DNA of 64,000 nucleotides from Lachnospiraceae bacterium (GCA_022774705.1 JALFLM010000028.1:1066-65065), one strand, 5' to 3'; shown: positions 47,101 to 54,625, counted from the first letter of the stretch. Notes: generated from the sequence alone by a model not told the origin. Program-made: numbers and translations.

Positions 47101-47378
47101 TCTTTTCTGTTGAAAACCCGTCCCGGTATCAGTTCATAATGCAGTGTGGTATTCCCCCGAAAAATGTTTTCCTTCATGATTAAAGCCGGGTGAAGCGACT
47201 GTACCGTGCCAACCGGTTCCACATCGTTTTTGCTGTAAACAGCAATGGACCCGCTTCGCTTTTCGGTTCCCTCCCAGATAATTTCACCCTTATCCACGCT
47301 GATTACCGCCTGTGCATATACATGTTCCGGTTCACCTGCCGCCATCTGTTCCAGCACTGTTTTAAAAGCAACCGTCAT
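44178..47378 (-). CDS. Large hypothetical protein (1066 aa): beta-rich N- and C-terminal domains around a long helical-repeat core
   Basis: Long uninterrupted ORF. Its ATG overlaps the rarA stop (ATGA at 47375-47378). No Walker, TM or signal motifs seen. Confidence 0.75.
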   Translation of the reverse strand: MTVAFKTVLEQMAAGEPEHVYAQAVISVDKGEIIWEGTEKRSGSIAVYSKNDVEPVGTVQSLHPALIMKENIFRGNTTLHYELIPGRVFNRKEWSTDGILLRYNGGEYVIPLHFKVPEEKHCSEENSTEKVSGESGQIPRRRTLPRNIRREKEEKIRLTKLNLERLLLFRQEKMQEKQTELLGMITAGVQTLVRLRPDCIRYKLYEAMAALENGNAAYAAKLESKIRNVIISARKQHCIEYCMLLNLQYGIARTQHQMREAAVRKQQLGSYIQMALDKEPGDPDMVLLLCCGCLQLADREPVNLWEELQRLYHNGNTSPYLFFYGASLLDDPRMEKILDAGIDEWTGHCLYTGINKHMISGKTAESVSLCRPELYTAYICRMYEKMYEQYPSREMLSALCTVMIRSDRKSSRAFAFYEQAVEAGMKIARLFDYYMYTLPSGYEKPVNREVLLYFSLDELVNPQIYTKLLLNVLQFYTEDDRIYTHYTRGMQDFVKNQIMRSCWSEDLALLAGEIITPDILDSELAQALIPMLYLVQVKAQVPDGYQVVFESGIYKEPQTSVFINGKTCLCVPGGNGRFHLQDRQGKRIGGMNLKVCPLMQDEQLMKCCEKLCPDDETLLLMKTHDRILQGDFGSCDFRLCMQYLKDESLDDNFRKKLIDFIMEDKSGRRFEHSDIQAVCRYSDMMNGEQMSAFTEILIHRKYYTEAAGFLSGLSWESVDDGLLLELAEALARYPENETSIELMNLLTYLFQKGILDDFLLRYLARNCQGKKELIQSLYTVCRDRNLNCDELKLSLLLNLLMEEETDMDMLQEVFVSVVELEQAELLVRAAINRICHEYLCESSDMEADVMAALQSMVIHSGNLSALTVPCQLACLKYDQESGLNHEIEHIILKEMCQNMLALGMNLDFVQKEAAQYGLLSIPVLSVNLSPAGAFHEDLRDRVKKEQKSLWLEYYVDGEPESKYRVKVWQVYSCLYSAGIVIFSGEEVCYRFHCGEQTTEWQYTESRDYAMKNYDRQAECAETESAERTDRYGILQEIALCLKNGKPVEEKMKNYEKMLKLVDSVGK

Positions 47379-48712
47379 GATTCATCCTCTGTATTTCTGT
47401 TTCTTAAATGTTCTATACGCTCTGCCATCTTCTTTTCATAGCCAAGTGTACCCGGATGGTAAAAAGCGATACCTGCCAGCTCATCAGGCAGATACTGCTG
47501 TTCTACATAATGCTCCGGATAAGCATGTGCATACCGATAGGAAATGCCATGCCCCAGCTGCGCTGCTCCACTGTAATGTGAATCCTGAAGATGCGGTGGA
47601 ATTGTCGCAATCTTTCTATTCCGCACATCCTCAAGAGCCGCATCGACTGCCATATAGGAACTGTTGCTTTTGGGTGCACAGGCAATATACACCACCGCCT
47701 GAGCCAGTACGATTCTGGCCTCAGGCATACCCAGACGTTCCACGGCCTGAGCTGCCGCCACGGCCAGAACCAGTGCCTGAGGATCGGCATTGCCCACGTC
47801 TTCAGATGCACAGATCATAATTCTGCGGGCAATGAAGCGGATATCTTCTCCCGCCTGAAGCATTCTGGCAAGATAATATACTGCCGCATCCGGATCCGAT
47901 CCCCGCATACTCTTGATAAAAGCCGAAATCGTATCATAATGATTATCACCTTTTTTATCGTAACGAACCGCTTTCCTCTGAATACATTCCTCTGCAACCT
48001 GCAGAGTAATATGAATCTGATGATTTTCATCCTGAGGTGTTGTCAGAACCGCCAGTTCAATCGCATTGAGTGCCATCCTGGCATCTCCCCCGGAAACTTC
48101 CGCAAGGAAACGGCAGGCATCCTCATCCAGAACAGGTGAAAAACTTCCCATCCCTTTTTTCTCATCTGTTACCGCCCGTTTCAACAACACCATCACATCC
48201 TCCGGCGACAGCGGCTTCAGTTCAAAAATCATCGACCTTGACAGAAGTGCTCCATTCACCTCAAAATACGGATTTTCCGTAGTCGCACCGATCAGAATAA
48301 TGGTACCATCTTCCACAAAGGGAAGCAGATAATCCTGCTGCCCTTTATTAAAACGGTGAATCTCATCAATAAACAGAATTGTTTTCCTGCCATACATTCC
48401 CGAAAGTTCTTTAGCCTGGCTTACCACTTCCTCCATATCTTTTTTCCCTGCCGATGTGGCGTTAATCTGCTGAAAACTTGAACTGGTCGTATTGGCGATT
48501 ACTCTGGCCAGTGTTGTTTTCCCTGTTCCCGGAGGGCCGTAAAAAATCAGAGAACTGATCTTATCTGCCTGAATCGCTCTGTAAAGCAGTTTATCAGGTG
48601 CCAGTATATGTTTCTGACCCACTACCTCAGAAAGTGTCTGCGGTCTTAAACGCGAAGCAAGCGGCGCTTCGCTCTCCTTCTTCTTTTCATTTATATATTC
48701 AAATAAATCCAT
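47375..48712 (-). CDS. rarA: Replication-associated recombination protein A (MgsA/RarA AAA+ ATPase)
   Basis: LASRLRPQTLSEVVGQKH, the FYGPPGTGKTTLARVIA Walker A and the FIDEIHRFNK Walker B are present, with a C-terminal MgsA domain (DNHYDTISAFIKSMRGSDPDAA). The ATG at 48712 has an AGGGAG RBS; the track start is 48796. Confidence 0.9.
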   Translation of the reverse strand: MDLFEYINEKKKESEAPLASRLRPQTLSEVVGQKHILAPDKLLYRAIQADKISSLIFYGPPGTGKTTLARVIANTTSSSFQQINATSAGKKDMEEVVSQAKELSGMYGRKTILFIDEIHRFNKGQQDYLLPFVEDGTIILIGATTENPYFEVNGALLSRSMIFELKPLSPEDVMVLLKRAVTDEKKGMGSFSPVLDEDACRFLAEVSGGDARMALNAIELAVLTTPQDENHQIHITLQVAEECIQRKAVRYDKKGDNHYDTISAFIKSMRGSDPDAAVYYLARMLQAGEDIRFIARRIMICASEDVGNADPQALVLAVAAAQAVERLGMPEARIVLAQAVVYIACAPKSNSSYMAVDAALEDVRNRKIATIPPHLQDSHYSGAAQLGHGISYRYAHAYPEHYVEQQYLPDELAGIAFYHPGTLGYEKKMAERIEHLRNRNTEDES

Positions 48713-48832
48713 GGTTCTCCCTGACTGTAATAAAACTGAGTAACTGTTCAGAGCCACCCTCGAAAACACTGTACGTTTTCTCGGTGTGGCGTACACTGGA
48801 AATCAGTCTTTATTATAGCAGTGGCACCCGGA

Positions 48833-49573
48833 TTATTCAATCATTATCTCATCCACTGTACAGAAACGATACCCCTTTTCAAGAAAGATATCCGCAACCT
48901 TCAGCGCCGCTTCCACCGATGTTTCATACACATCATGGAGAAGGATAATGGATCCGTCTTCTGTCTGCTGAAGAATACTTCTGACTACAGCATCTGTATT
49001 CTGCACCTTCCAATCGTACGGATCCACATCCCACAATACCGCTTCAAGGCTGGTCTCTTGCTGCAGTTTTTCGTTCCAGCATCCAAACGGCGGCCTGATA
49101 TAGCCGGTTCTGAACCCCGACGCCTGATAAATTGCTTCCTGGGTTTTCCTGATCTCTTCCAGAGCACCGGCTTCACTGCATGTTGTCAGCTGTACATGGG
49201 AATATGTGTGATTACCCACCTGATTTCCTTCATCCACCATACGCTGAACCAGCTCCGGATATTCCTCTGCACTTTTTCCTATGACAAAGAACGTTGCCCG
49301 GATTCCTCTTGCTTTCAGACCATCCAGAAGCTTTTCCGTCCAGACAGGATGAGGTCCGTCATCAAACGTCAAAGCAATCTCCATATCTCCTGATTCCATG
49401 GAATATGGCTGATCCGGCTGTACCTGCTCCTGTTCCCATGCTTTCACTATATTCTGCATCGGATCAGATAAACCCGGCAATATCCATTGTGATACAGCTG
49501 TCAGCATGATCATCAAAAGGAAAACAACTGCCGGAATCCATCCTGAAAACGATACTTTTCCACGCTTTTTCAA
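48833..49573 (-). CDS. Polysaccharide deacetylase (NodB homology domain), membrane-anchored
   Basis: 246-aa ORF with a TTG start and GAAGGA RBS. It has an N-terminal TM segment. ALTFDDGPHP, ATFFVIG and GNHTYSHV are NodB motifs. Confidence 0.85.
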   Translation of the reverse strand: MKKRGKVSFSGWIPAVVFLLMIMLTAVSQWILPGLSDPMQNIVKAWEQEQVQPDQPYSMESGDMEIALTFDDGPHPVWTEKLLDGLKARGIRATFFVIGKSAEEYPELVQRMVDEGNQVGNHTYSHVQLTTCSEAGALEEIRKTQEAIYQASGFRTGYIRPPFGCWNEKLQQETSLEAVLWDVDPYDWKVQNTDAVVRSILQQTEDGSIILLHDVYETSVEAALKVADIFLEKGYRFCTVDEIMIE

Positions 49574-49663
49574 CGATATTCCTTCATACTGTTCTTACCA
49601 AAGAATATGTAGGGACAGATTGCCGGTATGCCTTTCGCAGCATTCCATGCTGAAAAATACGTA

Positions 49664-50053
49664 TTAACAAAACATGTGCTGCTTTTCCACAATTACTGCA
49701 TATTTGCGGCAGCTGACCTGAGCTTTTTTTCCTCCGGGCAGTGAAAACCAGGATGTGATTTCAATATCCATAACTCCTTTTTTTAAACTTACCTCATGAA
49801 GTACCACATCAAATTCCGCATCCGCCCCGAGTATCAGAAACAGTTCGCCCAGAAAATCCGCATACAGTTCCTGATCTGTGGTAACAGAATAGTTTTTCTT
49901 TATTACCGCAGCTTCCAGACTGTGGCGCATGGACATCTCCATGGCCATCTCCAGTTCCTCATGATGCAGCTGTTTGGTCTCCATACTGTATATGCACTGA
50001 ATCCCGCCTGTCAGAATACAGATCAGAATAAAAGCGGCCGTAATCTGTCTCAT
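49664..50053 (-). CDS. Hypothetical protein with an N-terminal hydrophobic anchor (last gene of the Tad-like operon)
   Basis: 129-aa ORF. ATGA overlap with the upstream 424-aa gene. The N-terminus is MRQITAAFILICILTGGIQCI. Confidence 0.55.
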   Translation of the reverse strand: MRQITAAFILICILTGGIQCIYSMETKQLHHEELEMAMEMSMRHSLEAAVIKKNYSVTTDQELYADFLGELFLILGADAEFDVVLHEVSLKKGVMDIEITSWFSLPGGKKAQVSCRKYAVIVEKQHMFC

Positions 50054-51324
50054 GTCAACCCTTTCCTGATAATTTCCCGGTTAAGCCTTGCACCGGCAAA
50101 TTCACACCTCTCAATCAGTTCCCGGATCAGCAGGATCCGTGTACGCCCATATCTTATGCTGCGAATCGTTTTGGAATCTCCGGCACCTGTTTTCGGTGTC
50201 CGGAATTCCACCCGGTATTTTTTCACTTTCCAGACAGCATACAACACCGTATCCTTCTCAGGAATAAAGCTTTTTCCCGGTGCCAGAATACTCAGTTTCC
50301 CAATTGTATTTATGTCTGTATCAGCAGGCAGAATCTTTACTTCTTTCCGGCTCCAGCCCAGAAACACATACTGATCGCTGTTCAGTTCCGGAAGTGTATA
50401 CTTTTGTGGGGACCAGAGTGCATACAGATGAATTATCCCGTTATGTTGATCTGTAAGATTTTTCACTTTTGCACAGTCCCCGTACTTTTTTTTGCCGTCT
50501 GCACTCAGACTCCATCCTCTGAAACTGCTTTTCAGCATAGTTGAAACAGGTTTCAGCTTTTTTCCTTTCCATGCGGTGTCTCCCGGTTCCAGTTTAACCG
50601 TGATCACCCTTGAAAAACCGCAGGAGATCAGTTTTCCGGCTTTTCCGTAAGTAAATGCCTGTTTTTTCATCGATCCGCCAGCTGCAGGATCATTTTTATG
50701 ATACGATACATACCACCTGGATGGCTGAAACACCTTAAGCTGAATTCCGAAATAATTTTTCAGGGCTTTTCTTGTGCTCCCGGACCAGTCGGCTGCCTTC
50801 AGAATCTGATCCGGATTCTGATATACATTGCCGCGAAAGACAACCTCTCCGTTATCCAGTTCTGTAACTGTTCCCTGATCTGTTCCATTCAGAACCAGGC
50901 AAAGATAAAAATCAACCTGATAACGGATCCGCCGATTGTACATCAGGCTGCTGAAATCCGTACCGGGATATCTGCTCCGAAACCGTTCAAATAACCGGTC
51001 ATAGGAAACCTGATACAAACTGTAATAGTATCCATCTTTCTTTACATAGCTGATTCTTCTGCAGCTTCCCGTACCGGAACCATCATCCAGCGCAATTCCG
51101 GTAACATACCGCTTTCCTCCGTCCATTTCCATTGCAAATTTCTGACCGGCAACGCCGTAGCGAATCCCTTTCGGGTCTCCCGCTTTTCCCCTGGATGAAT
51201 AATAAAACGCTCCGTCAGAAAAGACAATCTGTCCGGTTCCATAAGTATTATAAAATGCAGCCGCATTGCTGAAAGTATGCGCTGCTGCAAAAGCAGAAGT
51301 ATGCGGCAGCCACAGGAAAAACAA
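50050..51324 (-). CDS. Secreted protein with Listeria-Bacteroides (Flg_new / InlB B-repeat-like) repeats
   Basis: 424-aa ORF with a signal-like N-terminus (...LWLPHTSAFA-AAH). The C-terminal half has repeats with the F.GW...LYA.W pattern (FRGWSLSADGKK...IHLYALW; YVFLGWSRKE...TVLYAVW). The start codon is uncertain (TTG). Confidence 0.6.
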   Translation of the reverse strand: MFFLWLPHTSAFAAAHTFSNAAAFYNTYGTGQIVFSDGAFYYSSRGKAGDPKGIRYGVAGQKFAMEMDGGKRYVTGIALDDGSGTGSCRRISYVKKDGYYYSLYQVSYDRLFERFRSRYPGTDFSSLMYNRRIRYQVDFYLCLVLNGTDQGTVTELDNGEVVFRGNVYQNPDQILKAADWSGSTRKALKNYFGIQLKVFQPSRWYVSYHKNDPAAGGSMKKQAFTYGKAGKLISCGFSRVITVKLEPGDTAWKGKKLKPVSTMLKSSFRGWSLSADGKKKYGDCAKVKNLTDQHNGIIHLYALWSPQKYTLPELNSDQYVFLGWSRKEVKILPADTDINTIGKLSILAPGKSFIPEKDTVLYAVWKVKKYRVEFRTPKTGAGDSKTIRSIRYGRTRILLIRELIERCEFAGARLNREIIRKGLT

Positions 51325-51353
51325 TCCCGCTATCCATAAGACAGCCCCTCTTC

Positions 51354-51695
51354 CTATCTTGCGTATCCCTGAATCACCCCTTCCCTTTTACTGCCTGCAT
51401 TCTTCCACGTATCAGGGACCCTGAGTTCATAATAGAGACTAAGTAACAGGCAGGTGTCTCCCTGCGTCCCATCAATTTGCCGGCATTCCAGACGATATCC
51501 CTGTTTCGCCGCCTCCTCTTTGCACTGCCGGATCACCGATTCATCCATCTGGCTGCATTCAATCCGATCCGACAGTTCATGGAAACAGGTCCTGGCCTGT
51601 AAAATATACAGATTGGAGGAAATCATCTGGGCAAGCAGCACACATCCTGCACACAGCAAAAGTGTCTGAATCATTGTTTCAATCCCGATTTTCAT
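51354..51695 (-). CDS. Hypothetical protein with an N-terminal hydrophobic segment (pseudopilin-like topology)
   Basis: 113-aa ORF. The N-terminus is MKIGIETMIQTLLLCAGCVLLAQMI. GGAGAAAAG RBS. Confidence 0.5.
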   Translation of the reverse strand: MKIGIETMIQTLLLCAGCVLLAQMISSNLYILQARTCFHELSDRIECSQMDESVIRQCKEEAAKQGYRLECRQIDGTQGDTCLLLSLYYELRVPDTWKNAGSKREGVIQGYAR

Positions 51696-51713
51696 ACTCT
51701 TTTCTCCAAAACC

Positions 51714-51977
51714 TCATACTGAATCTGCCGGACATTCAGAGGCCTGCAGATTGGCCGCGCTTCTTCCGTGAATCCCGTCATTATACGGCAGCTTCATACC
51801 GTTTTCTCTTTCCTGAACATACATATAACGGACATATTCCCGGTTCAGGGACATCTCCACCAGCCTCTCAGCCATACAGATACTGCCGGCTGCCAGTATC
51901 AGGCTTGCTGCCAGCAGCGCCAGTACTGTCATCCCCCATGATCTTGCCATCATACTCATTCTTTCCCTTGTACTCAT
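51714..51977 (-). CDS. Hypothetical protein with an N-terminal hydrophobic segment (pseudopilin-like topology)
   Basis: 87-aa ORF. ...RSWGMTVLALLAASLILAAGSI. ATGA overlap with the upstream mini-ORF. Confidence 0.5.
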   Translation of the reverse strand: MSTRERMSMMARSWGMTVLALLAASLILAAGSICMAERLVEMSLNREYVRYMYVQERENGMKLPYNDGIHGRSAANLQASECPADSV

Positions 51978-52081
51978 AATGCTCCTGCAAAACTGTAAAA
52001 TGCCTTCATTACATAAAACAGAACTCTGCCCACTGCAATCAGAATCAGGCAGCCTCCCATTTCTTCAATCATAGCTTTCAT
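51974..52081 (-). CDS. 35-aa hydrophobic mini-protein, pilin-like N-terminus
   Basis: MKAMIEEMGGCLILIAVGRVLFYVMKAFYSFAGAL. Its ATG overlaps the platform-gene stop (ATGA at 52078-52081) and its stop overlaps the next ATG. It is the shorter version of the 70-aa track ORF. Confidence 0.45.
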   Translation of the reverse strand: MKAMIEEMGGCLILIAVGRVLFYVMKAFYSFAGAL

Positions 52082-53418
52082 AAACGATACATCTCCCCCA
52101 AAAATGAAAACAGCATCAGGCTCAGATTCACCACCAGCATAATGACCGAAACCAGCATGGGAACCGCCGCCAGCATCCCCATCCATGACAACACAGAATC
52201 TGTTTTCAGTTCAAATGCAGTCTCTGTAAGGTGACGGTTCTGATCCAGCATGGCATAAATCTGCTCCTTAATTTCTTCCTTTCCCACATCATTGACAGCA
52301 TAAAGCTGAAGCATAACCGCATGAATCTCCGGAAGATCAAATTCCTTCAGAAAATCCAGATAGGGCTGAATGGATACAGGATCTTCCTGCTGTTTTCTAA
52401 TCATCCGATACAGAGGCCGTACCAGGACTTCCGGTGCACCATCCAGAGAATGGGCAATTGCAGTCTGGACATTCTCCGTCTGAAGCCGCAGTATCATGTC
52501 AAACATCCATTCAGGAAAATGCATGCTGATCTCCTGTTCCAGTCTGCGCACAGTGCTCCAGTACCGTATACCATGCACAGGAGAATCCAGCTGTCTGTAC
52601 AGCTTTTCAAGCTGCCTGCTCTCACGGCTGTTCTCTTCCATCCCTGTTTTCTCCAGACCGGCCCCTGCGGACATGGTAGAAAAAACAATATACAGAACCT
52701 GAAAAATCACCAGACCTGTGCCTGTACAGAGCTGATATGCCGTAATATCCGCAACATCTGCTGCAGCCGGCATCATGCGCACAACAGCCAGACAGATCAG
52801 GCAGGACAGGATAACCGCCAGTACCAGGCGGCTCTGAATACTCTTTTTTCGTCCTGCAAACGTCTTCTGATTCTTCTTCCAGTCTCTCAGCTGATTCAGC
52901 AGAAGTTCCAGAGCCAGTACACAGTCTCCTCCCTGCTCCTCAACACGAATCAGAAATGTATGCAGTACATGCATAAGATGATGTCCGTATTCCGTCTCGA
53001 TATGGATAAAAGCCCGCTGAAACAGATCATCCTCCACAAAATCACCTTCCAGCTTCTCCAGTGCTTCCGTCACATATCTTTTCAGATTGCCTTCCGTGAT
53101 GCGGGAAACATCACGAAGTGCTGCCGGGATCTTGTGATGCCTGCGAAAACTGTATATCAGCTGTTCCATATAAAAAGAACTTTCTTCCAGCTTTCTTCTC
53201 TGATCTTCTTCCTTTTTCTTCTGGCGAATCAGTATCGGAATCATGCATGCCGATACACTGCCTGCTGCAATCAGCACAGGCAGCTTCAAATTGCACAGAT
53301 AGGCAGTCACCAGAAAAAAGAGCGGCATTCTCCCCATCAAAACGATGCTGTTTTTCACCCTGTTCCTGTTAATATTCACTTTACACTGCCTCGTAAAACG
53401 GATCCGAAATTCCTGCAA
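52078..53418 (-). CDS. Fused TadB/TadC-like (T2SS-F family) inner-membrane platform protein
   Basis: 446-aa ORF with two helical T2SSF-like repeats, each followed by TM segments. The first contains the LIRVEEQGGDCVLALELLLNQLR signature. The start is uncertain (TTG at 53418 overlaps the ATPase gene by 38 nt). Confidence 0.65.
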   Translation of the reverse strand: MQEFRIRFTRQCKVNINRNRVKNSIVLMGRMPLFFLVTAYLCNLKLPVLIAAGSVSACMIPILIRQKKKEEDQRRKLEESSFYMEQLIYSFRRHHKIPAALRDVSRITEGNLKRYVTEALEKLEGDFVEDDLFQRAFIHIETEYGHHLMHVLHTFLIRVEEQGGDCVLALELLLNQLRDWKKNQKTFAGRKKSIQSRLVLAVILSCLICLAVVRMMPAAADVADITAYQLCTGTGLVIFQVLYIVFSTMSAGAGLEKTGMEENSRESRQLEKLYRQLDSPVHGIRYWSTVRRLEQEISMHFPEWMFDMILRLQTENVQTAIAHSLDGAPEVLVRPLYRMIRKQQEDPVSIQPYLDFLKEFDLPEIHAVMLQLYAVNDVGKEEIKEQIYAMLDQNRHLTETAFELKTDSVLSWMGMLAAVPMLVSVIMLVVNLSLMLFSFLGEMYRL

Positions 53419-54397
53419 ATGCGAACTTCCGCATCATTGTTTCCGGTATCTTCGGTCTGGTCATCCGCCCATCTTCGTAAAACACTGTCATGGTATTCAC
53501 TCCCTGACTCCGGTCAAAAAGTGCCGCCTGCTCTATCCTTCTGCAGATTCCTTTTCCGGGCACATTGTAACATCCGATCAGCACGCCCAGATTCAGAAAG
53601 GAATAAACATCATCCGTAACATCCTTTTTCATCATACTGCAGATACGGTCCGGAATCTTTCTGACATCATCCGTATGAATCGTTGTCATGCAGCTGACCC
53701 CCGTAGACATGGACTCCAGCAGATACTGTACCTCCAGCGACCTGGCCTCGGAAAGAATCAGCCAGCCCGGAAGCTGACGCATGGATGCTTTGATGGCCTT
53801 CCCATAGGAAAAAGTATCCCCTACTTTAATTTCAATCCCGTCTTTATCCGGATTAATGGTACGATACCTGATCTCCAGGTTATCCTCAACGGTAATCACT
53901 TTTCTGCTTGCAGGAATGTATGCCGTCATCGCCTTCAGGTATTCGGTCTTTCCTGCTCCCGGAAGGCCCGCTGCCACCAGAGTAAGCCCTGCACGGACCG
54001 CATTAGCCATAAAAATATCGAGTTCCTCGGTGCAGTAACCGGTATCCAGCATACGTCTGCGATTCAGACGTCGTATTCCGGGTGTCTTACGTATGGAAAT
54101 ACTCCTGCCGGTATTGGTCACAGACTCATGGATGATTGAAATGCGCAGTTCGTCTGTCTCAGCTTCCAGAAGGGGCTCATACTGATTAAAAGAACGGTTC
54201 ATCAGATTGGCAATCCGCATACTGAACCGGTTCAGAAACCCCTTGTCAGCCTGATAGCCTGCTGCACGATACCTTCCTCTGGTCAGATGATCCACCCAAA
54301 GGTCACTTCCATTGTAGTTGATGTCTGTAATCTGGTCATCCCGGATAAACGGAAGAAGATCCCCAAATACTTCATCCTCCAGATATAACTCCGCCAA
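53381..54397 (-). CDS. CpaF/TadA/VirB11-family secretion ATPase
   Basis: 338-aa ORF with a TTG start and an AAGGAGGAG RBS. QITDINYNGSDLWV, ISIRK, the Walker A GLPGAGKT, VEDNLE, LSEARSLE and TTIHTDD are present. Confidence 0.85.
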   Translation of the reverse strand: MAELYLEDEVFGDLLPFIRDDQITDINYNGSDLWVDHLTRGRYRAAGYQADKGFLNRFSMRIANLMNRSFNQYEPLLEAETDELRISIIHESVTNTGRSISIRKTPGIRRLNRRRMLDTGYCTEELDIFMANAVRAGLTLVAAGLPGAGKTEYLKAMTAYIPASRKVITVEDNLEIRYRTINPDKDGIEIKVGDTFSYGKAIKASMRQLPGWLILSEARSLEVQYLLESMSTGVSCMTTIHTDDVRKIPDRICSMMKKDVTDDVYSFLNLGVLIGCYNVPGKGICRRIEQAALFDRSQGVNTMTVFYEDGRMTRPKIPETMMRKFAFAGISDPFYEAV

Positions 54398-54407
54398 ATT
54401 CTCCTCC

Positions 54408-54557
54408 TTACTTCAGTGCGGTCTTCGTAAAATCGGTAATCGTCTTCAGCACAGCCGTCTGAATAGCTTTACCTACCGGTTCTGACATGGCAACCAGAAT
54501 CATAATACAGGCAATTACAAAAATAGCAATCCCGTACTCTTCAAGAAACGCTTTCAT
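54408..54557 (-). CDS. 49-aa pilin-like mini-protein (first gene of the Tad-like operon)
   Basis: Below the ORF-track cutoff. ATG at 54555-54557 with a GGAAAGGAGGACA RBS. MKAFLEEYGIAIFVIACIMILVAMSEPVGKAIQTAVLKTITDFTKTALK has one hydrophobic helix plus an amphipathic tail. Confidence 0.55.
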   Translation of the reverse strand: MKAFLEEYGIAIFVIACIMILVAMSEPVGKAIQTAVLKTITDFTKTALK

Positions 54558-54625
54558 TGTCCTCCTTTCCGCTTTGCATCCGGCATCGAAACCTCCTCCT
54601 TCGATTCCATATTCCTAAAGCATAA

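Noticed and set aside
51974-52186. 70-aa version of the mini-ORF
   Set aside because: Its first 35 codons lie inside the platform gene in another frame. The internal ATG forms an ATGA overlap with the platform stop and yields a hydrophobic peptide resembling the 49-aa pilin-like protein.
52231-53619. 462-aa plus-strand ORF
   Set aside because: It is antisense to the TadB/C-like and ATPase genes and looks like a shadow ORF. The same reasoning applies to 16821-17924 (+), 33637-34746 (-), 59438-60391 (-), 60626-61426 (-), 5749-6495 (+), 7163-7915 (+) and 62918-63697 (+).
49664-54557. Identification of this operon as spoIIIA (sporulation feeding-tube operon, often near efp)
   Set aside because: The ATPase has the T2SS-E/VirB11-type N-terminal ITDINYNG and SIRK motifs. 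The second gene carries two T2SS-F repeats. Gene sizes and order (49, 338, 446, 35, 87, 113, 424, 129 aa) do not fit SpoIIIAA-AH.
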